From positions 13,392,001 to 13,456,000 of the forward strand of contig NC_081331.1 of assembly GCF_022539665.2 (NCBI RefSeq): a stretch of DNA of 64,000 nt, in the 5' to 3' direction. The position numbers and the translations under genes are program-made. This DNA is from Daphnia carinata (Eukaryota). The notes beneath the pieces are model-generated. The model was given only the letters and a program-made list of their open reading frames with translations. It did not search any database and was not told the DNA's origin. Below are positions 36,201-48,650 of this stretch, one piece after another. Each line of letters opens with the position of its first letter. The first letter of the stretch is position 1.

Positions 36201-39200
36201 GTACGTCCTTAGACGTTCCCGTGCACCGTTGTACTTGCATACAAAAGATAAAAGAGAGCCCATTTTTTTAAAAGCAGCTTCGTTTGTCCGTGTGACAACG
36301 AGGAATCCAACAATGAGCCTTTTGTAATAAAACGTAAATGATGATGAATTAGAGAGAGAGAAAGGTTACACAGTCCAAGAGGAAGCATTTTCATCTTTGC
36401 ATTTGACACGGCTGATGTGGCATTTTTGCTTATCTGTCCAGCGTGCGTGTTTCCCGACGCTCTCTCTCTCTCCCCTATTCCTTTCGGTTACAAATCGTAG
36501 AGGCAATAAGTCACGTGACTCATCCGAACCATTTTGAATTGCAACTTTTCAGGAGGGAGGGGGGTTTGACACGGCGATTGTCATACACGTCCATGAATGC
36601 GGATGATTCTACGTGCACGCGCCCATCCTAAATTGGCTGGATCAGCCAATTGGCTCTGCAGATTTCAACGCCCCCCCCCCCTCTCTTTTGGTGTAGAAAA
36701 AGAAAAAAAGAAGAAGTCCAGTCTATACATACATATATATATATAGATAATATGGCGCTATAATATTAGAGGAGCATTCCGGGGATGAGGATCTTTGATC
36801 TTCAACGTTTGGGAGGGGGGAAGGTTTACGCCAATAAATGTGCGCACGTATATGAGTACCATGGATATGGGGGGATGGAAATAGAAAGGGCTATTTAACA
36901 GACTCTGCTTCCTTCCTGTTTTGTATCTATGATTGTACGAGATGTGGCCACACTTTGCTGGCCACCCCGTGGGAGTGCTCTCGTTCTACCAAGCCTCGCA
37001 AATCACAGGAAACTCAAAAGCGAACGTTTCATATCTTTTTCCCTCCAGAAGAGACCCTTCTATTCGTAAATGTATCAAAGCCGCTTCCTTCATGGCGATT
37101 AATAATTAAACAAAATATGGATAAGAGAGAAGAGAGGGGGGGGGCGAGCTATACCTTCAGAAACGACTGGGGGCCCATCACGAGGCCAGCATCCCTCCCG
37201 CAGAGCTGCGCTAAATGAATACCAAAAACTCATCAGCGCAAACTGTTTATTACAATAGTTATATGCGCAGCACAGCTTTCCTCATGAGAGTCTAACCGCG
37301 AAGCGGCTTCTTGTGGCTTTAAAAACAAAACATGGTGAGCCTCTCTTTTTTTTTTTTTCTATAGGCGTAGGCTATATATTTTGTGATAAGGAAATCAATT
37401 CTCGTTTGTTGGGTGTGTAATCAATAGCCTGTTTTTACAAATTGACTTTTACTTTATTTTTCTAGAGCATGCATTATTCAATTTTGTTCTGTTTTTATTC
37501 GATAACCTATCGTGCGTGCAATAAAAATTTTGTGATTTAAAAATGATGTTTTTTTTTTCCTCCAATACATTTGATATCGTAAAAAAATAAGAGCCAAATG
37601 GGTTATGGATTGCAGCTGCTGGTTCGCTTATTTTTTTTTTTTTTTTTGGGCCTGTCGCTCACAAACTTCTTTTTTGGCTGCATGACAAATACCGTGACTG
37701 ACTTCGACGTCTTTTTTTTTGGTTTCCGAAAAGGTCAACCTATCCGCGCCAACCGGTGAGGGTCAACTTTCTTCAAAAGCAGCGGCGAAAAGAGGGCCTT
37801 TTTTCTTGTGTGTTCAGCTATACAGATCATAATAAGAGGATGAGACCCAATGGATTGCAGCCAAGAAACACATCAAACTGCTTGTGTCGCCAAAAAAGAT
37901 CACCGCCTGCGTTTATGTTTTGACGGGCAAAAAGCTTTTCCTTTTTCTTTTTTTTTTTTTCCAGGTCAAATGGCAGGGTCAGGACCGTTTTGCCTATATG
38001 GGGGCCCTGCGCAGCCGGCCTGGACAGAACAGGAAAAGGCCTCTCCCTTTCATTTTGGAAGCAACAACAACAAACAACAACAAAGAAAAAAAGCGCCAGT
38101 ATAGCCCTCCCTGTGAGATATCTACTTTCAACCATCTTCGTGGACCGGCTTTGCCTGGAAAAAAAAAAGGTAGGATGCCCCGCGATTTAAAAAAAAATAT
38201 ATATATAAACTTATCGAATCAGTTCATCTCTAGGACCCGCATAAGTAAGCAGCGGGTCCTGTATATTTGTTTCGATATGTGTCTCGGTCGTGTGTCCATG
38301 CAAATCATTTCCTCGTTTATCTTGTTGTTGTCTATGCTAATCGTTTTGACTGTACACAATAAGGAAAAATCGAAACAAGGAGATAAGCATCTCTGTATTT
38401 ATATACGCCCCGGAAGAAATACGTTCACCTTGTAGATATGTGCGGACGAATAATGAATGTGTACTCTTATGTGTGTTTTTTTTTAAATGTATATTTCCAC
38501 TGTTAAGTAGTAAATGGTCAAAAAGATACACGTATTAGCATTTTTTTGGTGGGGAATGAAAGAAATAATAAATAAATAAATATAAAAGGGATGACGGGAA
38601 AGCAAGAGGAAATGGGGCTGCAGAAGAAGGAAAAAGAAAAGCAAATTTACCCGACTGATTCGACGTAATTCATTAGATGCATAGAGAAGCTTATAATTAG
38701 GCGATTTGAATATGTATGTTTTTTTCGACGTGGGCTCGATTTTTAATTTATTTGAACAGATAAAAACAAATCCCACCATAAAAAATAAAATCGGTAAACT
38801 TTCTGATTCCAACCAAGTCAACCACGATTTTTTTCCCTTATTTTTTGATTTGATTTTTATAGCCGTGTGTATGTTTCTTATGTGCGCACTATTCCCCCCG
38901 CGTCGTATCAATATTCAAGGATTTTTCTTTTGATGACCGCAAACGATTTTTTTTTCTCTCAACCCTTACATCACGCCGTAAAAAAAAAAAGAAAAGCGAG
39001 AGTATTAAATTACATGCAAATATATATCGATCGAAAATCGGGAATTCCTTCGTGGCCATTTTTGTTTTATTTTTCCCGTTCCGCTTGGGCGTCGTTTGCG
39101 GTGCAGAATTAATTAATCGGAACGAAGAAAACAGGCCCGCTCCGTATAATCATACCGTAGGCTATAGACATACCCAATCCTCCACGCACGATGTGTACAC

Positions 39201-41412
39201 ACATAGCGATATAGCCTATAAATAACGAATAGCCGTGACAGCTCGATAAATGCAAACGAAGCCAACCAACGAGAAAGATCTTTTGCTTACGGGGCCTGTG
39301 TGTGTGCGCTGCTGCTTCATTTGTTTTTCTAATGGGCGGACACATGCATCGGCACCTTTTTTTTTTTTTTATTTCCTTAAATTCCAAGTTGATCTATACT
39401 TTTCAACCCGTTGCCTTGTCACGGACGGGTTTCATTTTATATATTTTTAGTTGTTGTTTTTCTCTTCTTTTTGGCCGCTATCCCCCCCCCCCCCCTTTCA
39501 TTTGTTTATTCATGCCGGGCTATTTTTGTATTTGTCTGCCATATTTTTTTTATATTTCTTTCACCCGATAACGATGGCGTTGGAAAGAAGAGATAAACAC
39601 AACCCCCCTCTTTTGAATCGCAGCACATGTTGATGAGCGTTTGAAATTCGACAGCCCATTTCTCAATTCGAATGAAAACAACATCATACAAGGGGGTCTA
39701 TAACGAACTGTGACCGGCTACCGCTCGCTTCCATTCTCTCCAATATTTTTTTTTTAATTTCACGCTTATCAAATCTGTGTCGTATAAATATAAAAAAAAA
39801 AATAGGGGGAGAAGCTTTCTAATCGGCTGTATAGGCTGAAGGGAATTTTTTTTATGGAGGATCGATGTCGAACTGTAGGATGGGGGGGGAGGTCTTGGAA
39901 ATCAAGCAGTGCAATCTAAAGTAATGGCCGTGTGTCCTTTTATTTTCGCCACAGAGGGGGGAATGCGGAATCCAGCAAGTATCGTCGACTAGTCTGTTCC
40001 CTCATTGCAGCGGAATCACATACGCCGGATGGCGGAAATGCTATTCATCTATCGCTCACCCCTAATTCCGGACTGTGCTATACACCAGAACCGCGTAGAC
40101 GTGCACAAATGTATCCAACGGAGCGAACAACTTGCACTGATATCCGCAGTAAGTCAGCTTATTTTTTTTTCTCCCATTCGCTATCGTGTTTTTGCTCCCC
40201 TCCGTTTTCATATTTTTGGCTCATCTTTTTTCAGTTCCCATACGAAGCCCTGCTAGATTTATATACGCGTACTGTGTCAAGGCATAAATCATTGGGAAAT
40301 GATAGAGTAAAGGGTCGCCCTAAAAACGAGTCCCCCAATCAGTCAAGAGCCATCCCGTTTTGAGATATACGTTACACACATAAACAAATATAGCCGACCC
40401 TAGTGCCGTGTTCGCATTTCCGATTGTGGAATCGAATCATCATTTCTCCCTTGAACGGTTGGCTTGTTATATCCCCGCACAATTTATCAATTCAAAAAGG
40501 AAATCGAGTTCCCTATATGTGACTTGGAGAGCTCTACTGCCAGTTGACGGTTCGTTTGCTTGCATAACAGTTAAAGGCAAAAACGTCGGTGTGTTTGTGT
40601 GCCGGTTTAACGTGACGACACAGTAAAAAAACATAAAAAGTGTTAACATTTTTATGTGCGGAAACGAGGGAAAGTCTTGTTTGATAATATTGTGATCCGC
40701 CCGAGTGAAAATATTTGGGGCCCTACCAAAGAAGAAGGTTGTTAAGTGCCAGGGACATGAAAGCGCGGCGCTGTTACGTCGCTATACACAGTCACGGTCA
40801 AAATGTTTTCTCTTACCTTTTAATTTTATTACGTTTCTCATTTTTTTTTTTTTTTTTTAACTTTCTTTTTCCGCTTTTCCCTTCCCGACAAAGTCCCTCT
40901 CCCTCCCCAAGTGATGCCACTTGCACGCTGGACTTCAAACAGAGATAATCGTTCCGGCGAGTTGATCCATTTCCTTTCCATTTCCTCTTACTCTGTTGGA
41001 TTTTCTTTTTTCTTTTTCAAGGTATACACCAATCAAAGTACATTTTCAGTTCACTTGTTTTCTTTTTCCCTTTTAAAATGTTAAGCCGAGACACACAAAA
41101 GCAACTCCGCCGTGTACATAATTGGTCAATTTTCGTCTCGGATTATGTAGCTGCTGTTGCTATATAGCCGTATGCAAGTACAATACCGCAAACGCTTGTT
41201 ATAAATACACCGTGTTGAAAAAAAAAAAAAAAAGAATCTTCAAGTCTGCAAGAAAAGAATTTTACCGTACCTGAAAAAAGCGGCCAAAACCTTTTGTTTT
41301 GGGTTTTCTCTTCGGCTCTCTCGTACCTGTCGACAGTCAAAACAGCAGGGAAGTTATTAAATTCCATTTTTGTTTTTTGTTTCACTATTCTTACCCTTCA
41401 GACTGTCTCTTA

Positions 41413-41414
<2 letters not shown>

Positions 41415-41450
<36 letters not shown>
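41415..41450. repeat. (TG)18 microsatellite
   Basis: Perfect dinucleotide run read directly. Confidence 0.95.
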
Positions 41451-41455
<5 letters not shown>

Positions 41456-43909
41456 TTTATACATTTCCCAGGGAGTTGGGGGTAGACTGTGTTGGCGAGG
41501 ATATCTAATTTTTTGATGAGCTGAGCCCTTCATTTTCCACTTACCCTCTTATTATACATCAATATAATTCCCCGCACACCGTGTGGTGTTGCTAGTTTTG
41601 TGGTGTAGATATACAATGCGGTTGTTTCTTCTTTTTTTTCTTTTTGACTTGGGAAACGAATGGGGAGCTATCCCACAGGCATCACGCCCTTACGTACCTG
41701 CTGACGTGTACACCTTCAAGGAGAAAGGTGTGCAGTGACAGATGTCGACTGACGCGCTTCAGCAATGGGGTGATGAAAAACGTATCATCCGCCATCGGAA
41801 AAATACAACAACAATCCGTTGAAGTAAACAAACATGTTTAGATACACACACGTAGTTGAGTGACGGTCAAAAGAAAACAGCAGACGGCCAACGCAAACAT
41901 CGAAATCGTTTGCTGACCAACAAGAATAACAAACTGACAAAAGCTTGTTATTATTTACACTTATTAGTTGATTATGTGGTGCACTATACCTGCGCATATC
42001 GTCGAACCCTTTTGGGAGTTTTTCTTTCTTTCTATTTCTAGAAAAGAAAAAAACGTTAATTGCTTATTTGCATTAGGTTTCGGCCATTTGTTTCCGGGTA
42101 CGTCATTAACGGAGGGGGGCGATCCAATAGCACGGTTGGACAGCAGCAAGTATTGCAACGTGATTTAGGATCATTGATTTTCATGGTTTGTTTAAAGAGA
42201 GAACCGAAATCTGATGCTCTGCTTTAAGAATTAATTAGTTATCTGTACACACAACCACAGGGTCAGTTGCCTTGAAACTATGCAGACCGGTTAATCACCG
42301 TATTAAAATGGTAATCGCGCGGATCTGCATAGCCGTCTCATTATGCAATTCCTCTAGTAGAGCCTCTCATGTTGACCTTCTAAAAAAATAAAATAAACAT
42401 GTTTATTCATCTTCCGGAGATGTTGCATCTCTCTTCTTGGAAATGGCATTATCTTTATGACAGCATATACAACTGTACGGTGCTACTTTGGGGTGACAAA
42501 TGGGAGGGGGGGGGAGCTCATACAAAAAGGAATGACATTGCCAATTCGGTTAGTGCGATATTTCAGGTGCTGTCACAATTTTCTTCCTTTGGTATACGAG
42601 CAAAGAAACAAAAAGATGGGACCAATTGATTTTAACAGCCCAGTCAAATAGAAAAATCACATACGTGTGTACGCTTCTTCCTCCCCCAAAAAAGGACCCA
42701 CGAAATGCTTCACTCTAGAAACATAGAGACCCCCTAAAATAGGCCTTCGTCGTGTTCGAAACACGTCTCTAGTTTGGATGCGCACACGATCAAAAGTCGA
42801 GATAGACCATTGTTCCAAATCACACCTGTCCGAGCAAGTGAACAACTGCCGGACACAACTGGGTGCGAGAGAAAGACAAAAAAATAAGAAGCGATGGCTT
42901 ATCACTTGACAAATCTTATACCGGGGTTCCATACAAGTATTAAGTGGTGGAGTTTTGGAACAATATATATCCCTAGTAGTTGTATAGAGTGGCTACCTTC
43001 CTTCTTTCTAAACGGAGAGAAAAAGGGAAGAAAAATCTGATGCTGTTCGACTAACACAAGTAAAAAGGGAAAAAAAGGCTGACAACGTTTCAGGTTGTCC
43101 TCCCCCTCCATGTCCTTCTATGTAGATTAGAAGAGGGAGGGAGAAAGAGAAAGAAAACGTTTAACAATAATCTGTTAATCGATTTCTCACCGTTGATATC
43201 GATCAGCACCTTGATGAATTGGGAGCAGTTGAGTTTTCACAGCTGTCCCTGTCGTTCAAAGCCTTCTTTTTGTCTTGTGAACGCCGTTCGTGCTCGACTG
43301 AAGATGGACAGAATCAGTAAATCAATGAAAATAAATTAAACATCAACAGAAGAAGACAGTGGGAAGGTGTGATGACTGACTTATTTAAATTGTGAATCTT
43401 AGAAGAAGGACAACAACTCAACGCCATTTGACCCATTTTCTTTGTAAACAAACTCCTGTTCCCTCGTTAATAATTCAAAAACTATAAACATCACGTGAAA
43501 ACTAATTCTTTTTTCGTGATCTTTGCTTGATTTTGAATGGGAATCGTGTACAGCTTTGCTATATTTAGATGTTAGCAAAAAAAATTATAAAAAAAAGCAG
43601 ACTTTTCGTTCAAAATGTTGGGCTTTAAATATGGCTTGAAATTCGATTAAACTTAACTTGTTCTAACCAAAATTAAGCGCTGATTTTGCGTAAAACATTA
43701 GTTTTCCCCCAATCAAGCCGTTTTTGGAATAAAACGAATTCAAAGTGGTTTACTTCGCAGCCACTTGGAATTTGAATACCTGTTAAATAATAAATTCCAA
43801 GTCGAAAATGAGCTTCATTTTCATCATCCTCGTTCAATTTCGAATGCAAATCAATTCATTTGATTAGCAATATGTAGGTTAAAAAAAAAAAAAATTTTAA
43901 ACAAAAAAA

Positions 43910-43951
43910 GTCGGGCTTATTTCGCCGGGCTTATTTCGTCGGGCTTAAATT
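43910..43951. repeat. 14-bp tandem repeat, ~3 copies (GYCGGGCTTATTTC)
   Basis: gtcgggcttatttc / gccgggcttatttc / gtcgggcttaaatt, followed by taacctaacct at 43971-43981. Confidence 0.85.
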
Positions 43952-46453
43952 TTTGACTTACAATTCGATGTAACCTAACCTGAAGTTCACTAAACTACGA
44001 ATGAAGTATCAATCTTATCGAAAATAAATAGTAAACCAATAAGCAACGGGTTGTCACACACGGAACAAGAAATGTGCTGGTCTTTAAATGCGGCCATCAT
44101 TTTTCCCCTTCATTCTTTTAATATTTTTCTACTTTCTACCCTTTTGTGAGCGACTCGTTTGTTAACATAACAATCGTCCAAAAAAGAAAAAAGGGGGGCT
44201 CTCTTTTTTTTTTTTCATTTTTTCTCATCGTTTCTTATACTCAAATCATCTCGTTCGTGCCCGTCGGCAGACGCTCCGGCAGCTCATTAGCTATGCCCCC
44301 AGCTCCTCCTTCATATGTTCATTTTTTTTTTTCTCTCTGTTGTTTTGGTTAGTGTGTATTGTGGCGGCGGCGGACCCCTTTTTTTTTTTTTACTTCCACG
44401 TCTTTGGAGTTCACATGTTTTGGCTGTGTATTTTTTTATATACCCGTGTTATATGTTTTATTAGTCCGCGTTTGACGTCGCGGCGTCCAGGTCAGGGCCG
44501 CATTCCTTGAATATTTTTACTCTCACTAAATAAAACAAGAAAAATTCAGTCGATTTGGCCAGGCTTGAACTTGACTGACTGCTCATCCATGTAGAGATAA
44601 ACCACTTTTCTTTTTATCAGCTCTACTCTTGTCTCTCATTTTTTTTTGGGTGGGAGAAGGAGGGATTTGTCCAATTGATTTAAACACTCGGATTTCTTAT
44701 TGTGTTCCCTTAAATCTTTACTCTTGTACGAATTAGTGAAACTATTGTTGTACGCTCATCTCATTGGCATGCGAATAGTTTCGAACAATGAAGACACATG
44801 ACATTCCGTTGTTCAAAAATGGCTTCCGGTCATCTTTGCGCGTCCCTCAAAAAGGAAGAAGATCATGTCAGCAAAAAGGAACGTGTTTCGATGCAAAAAT
44901 GGAGCCGGAAATCCGATATCTAGGGTTGACAACGTCTTTCAGTGGGTTTGGCAGTTTGGCGAAAAAAATCTGAAAAATCCAGCGCTTCCAAAAATATCCA
45001 ATTTCACGTACACAGCGTCTTCAATTTTTAGCCCTCCTCCCCCCCCAGCACCAATTTCATCTCATCTTCTCCATTCTTTTTTTCTTTTCTCCCCTGAACA
45101 AAAATAAAAGAAGGTCTATGCCAAAAACTCTTGTTTGTACCTCGTCCATCGCCATGAAACTCTGCGCCGTTATTGTGACGTGCGAGTGTCAAAGACATGT
45201 CAATGAAAGGCCCAGCAAATGCCACCAGTGCGGATGCGACAGCCGGCCCGTTGTCGTCGCCTACGCACTTTTCCCGTATATATATACACACAACGTAAAC
45301 TTCCTCTAGAAACCAACCATACCAAAAATAGTTTGCAATGGGAAACGTATCAGGTTACGTAAAGAATAAATTTTAAAGAGACAAATATTACAACATTTTT
45401 TTTTGATGATGTACATGGCCTCGATCAATTTTATTTGTTAAAAAAAAAAATGTTCCATCTGCCCGTGCCTAGTACATTGTATAGATTGGGAAGTTTAAAA
45501 AAAAAATGGAATGAAATGAGAGAAGGGGTTGTAATACACGGCCCCCTGATGGAACGAAGGGGGGAAGACGAGACATTTTTTTGTCTGTTAATTAACTGTC
45601 TGGCCTCATGTTATTTGATACCTCAACTCGTTGCTCATCCACTTGACGGGAAGGCCTCAGTCAAGCATGCTAAACCCTCTGGCGGATTGGATTTCAAATG
45701 GCATCCCGCGCCCCGTGAAACCAGCCGCCTCCGCGTTTTTTTTTTCAGGGAAAGAAAAAAAAAGGCAGCCAAGTGCTACCGCATCGTCATCAACCGACTC
45801 ACGCAATTATTTGCTCCGTCATGGGCACAAGTGGAGGGGGGAAAGAAATTTTCTTTTTCTTTGAAAAACGAATGATGACGGACTTGTCAAATGTTTGCAG
45901 CCTCCCGCTGTTGACTTGTTTTCTGGTGAGGACTTGGTCCTTTCGTGTTTGTGCTGGCCGCAAAAAATGAGATCGTAAGAGCCTACGGTCTGTGCTGTAA
46001 ATATACTAAGGAAAAACATTGTTTGATTCCGAAATAAATTCAATTTTTACGTCTATGGCTAAAGGCATCAGAAATATGAAATTGCTTTACCGAGGGCATA
46101 AACAACATGTGTTTTCCTTCCTTTCGAAAATAGCTCTCAAGTGGCTCATCTTTCGTAGAGAGTCATCTTGTTATGTGTACCGACTTCTTGCTGGAGGTAT
46201 CAACCAATTGAAAAAAATGGTAATTTCTCATTTTCTCTTATTTTTGGAACTTTTAAAAAAGAAAAGCGGTGTTGGAAGATGCAAAGAGAAAGAGAGATAT
46301 AGAAGAACGCAGGTCACACTATCTCTTTCTGTTATCTTCACTGTCACGAAGGCCATCGTCAGCCATGAAGGAGCTAAAAACCTATTTCTCCCTGGACCCG
46401 CGTCTGATGCATCCCATGATATACATTTTTTTGTTTCCCATTTTTTTGTTGTA

Positions 46454-46481
46454 GGGGGGGGGGGGGGGGGGGGGGGGGGGG
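46454..46481. repeat. G28 homopolymer
   Basis: Read directly. Longest G/C run seen in the window. Confidence 0.9.
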
Positions 46482-48619
46482 AATCATATGTACCCGTGTG
46501 TAGACACGCCGAAAAGAAACACATCAAGAAAGAAGCTGCTGGTATAGACAGAGCAAAAGAAATGCGTCAGCAGTTGGAAAACTTTTGCGCGCGGGCGACG
46601 TTTTTCCAGGAGGTACAAGAAGCCACGACAATGACGAGGGACAAACATCAGTTCGCTTGAAGAGAGCCAAGAAGAAGTGTCGAAATATGTCTATGTCAAA
46701 CAGCTTTAAAAAAAAAAAAGAAGGAAAGAAGCCTGGGAAATGAGTGGAATGGCCGTACCTTCGTTTGAGCGTGTCGAGATTGTAACCTATAGATAGATTG
46801 CGCTTGAGCAAAAAAAGAAAGAGCACGTTATGCTCCACATTGACTCTCTCCTTGGCTCAATGTTTGAAAAAAAAAAAACTATGCCGAGACAATTATATCC
46901 GTGTAATTTCCCAGAGTTTTAACGACCTTCGGCTAATGAACTAGACGAAAACAACTTTTGACGTTCTCTGTTTCTTACCTGCTGCAGCAACTTGCTGCCA
47001 AATGTGAGACTGTCTTATGGCGTGTAACTGCGAAAGAAACATCAGTTTTTTATTCTGTTAGACCCCGTTGTTTGTTTGCTAAAGTTTCGCTCTTTGCAAC
47101 GGTCATTTTCTACTTTCACGACCTTGGCTTTGGGCCGTCCCCGAAAAACTTTAATTTGCGTCCCTTTTCCTTTACAATGTAAGCAAACGCACAATAACTT
47201 TTACGAAATAAAACTATAAATAATATGTTTTCCATTTGAAAGGTGGACAAAACTTTTTGCTTTTTTGCTTTCCGTTTCTTCTTTTGTGCGCCACAATTGC
47301 GAAAGATTACGAAGTAAGTTGATGTCATTTATGTTGTATATGTACAGCGAAGCAGAGAAAAGGAACGACTTTCGCTGGTTAATGATGGCATTCTCGTGTC
47401 ACGCAATCGCTGTTGGCAGCATCGAATGTCGTGAACAATTGAGTCGTGATGGAGCTCCTTTCTCGTGTCGGAATTTGCGAGTTCGGGTAACGTGACACGA
47501 GTACCTGCCCGTTATAACAAAACCTCAGGATGATGTGCTCTTTGCGTTCCCAAATATGAAACAGATTGCTGTGCGCATTCCTCCGGCCTTCTGCTTTTTG
47601 AACAAAAAAAAAAAGAACCACAAACACATCTACGTTGGCTTAATACCACATTTGTTATTATCAATTGTTGTATGTGTATAGTCAACAGCTCAACACGAAG
47701 GTTTTCTGTCAAGTTGAAGTGGAGATGAACAAGTGCCTGACGCGCGGATTCTGAGTGGATTCCTCCGGCATTTTTCGTTCAACTCTTTGAGAAAAATGCC
47801 TGTACTGCAAGTGATCACTTGGCTCATCAACTTTGCCTTGATGTAACAAACTACAGCGACTGTGTACAGCTGTCACAAGTGCTGTTACTCGTCAAGTTTT
47901 TCTTGTGCTCATGTACCACACGTATATCTGATTTCCTTCCAAGTGGGTTGGTATACTCGCATTGCGTTCTAACGGTCATCACAATTGAGGTCGTTAACGC
48001 TAGTGTTTTTTATTATCCGTTGGACTTCCGAGTATTATTAAGAACGTGTTCTTTTATTTTTTTGATGACCAGGAATGCACGCGGTGGGTTCCAATATATG
48101 GAATACCGGTTTTGCTGGACCTCCACATAGTCCTGCATGATGAGCTACCGTCGAAATGAAATTCAAATTTTTTTTTTTTTCAAAAAATACTTTATCTATA
48201 TCGCATCAAGACGTGGCTCTTCTTCTGGGGATTCCAAACAATCTTGGTCAAATCGTATTAACAGGAAAATCATAAAATTTGTGGGGAACGTAGAAGAGAA
48301 AACCCACCGACCCAAAAGGATTAGTCGGGAATATAAAAATAACTGAAATAGTCTTTGCCCTTGCCTTTATAGATTGTCATCTGTAACCATATAACTAAAT
48401 GCTGAAATATATTTCTGTATAGCCACAGCGCGCATACACGCCAAACGGGGCTATCGATTGCTCAGCTGTTTTTATATTTCCAGAGGTGCTCCGTGGCGGC
48501 CCCCCTCCTAGTGGCCGAATGCCATGTTTGTGTGGCCGTGAAAAGCAGATAGAATATTCTTGTACGATAATGTTTAGCTAACCATCATCCACCGGTTGTA
48601 TATAGTCAGCCGAACGAAC

Positions 48620-48620
<1 letters not shown>

Positions 48621-48646
<26 letters not shown>
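48621..48646. repeat. (GA)13 microsatellite
   Basis: Perfect dinucleotide run read directly. Confidence 0.9.

Positions 48647-48650
<4 letters not shown>

Noticed and set aside
20835..46660. Other >200-aa ORFs (20835-21458, 24053-24712, 46019-46660) and the many poly-F/poly-K ORFs
   Set aside because: Translations of poly-T/A/G tracts; not protein-like.
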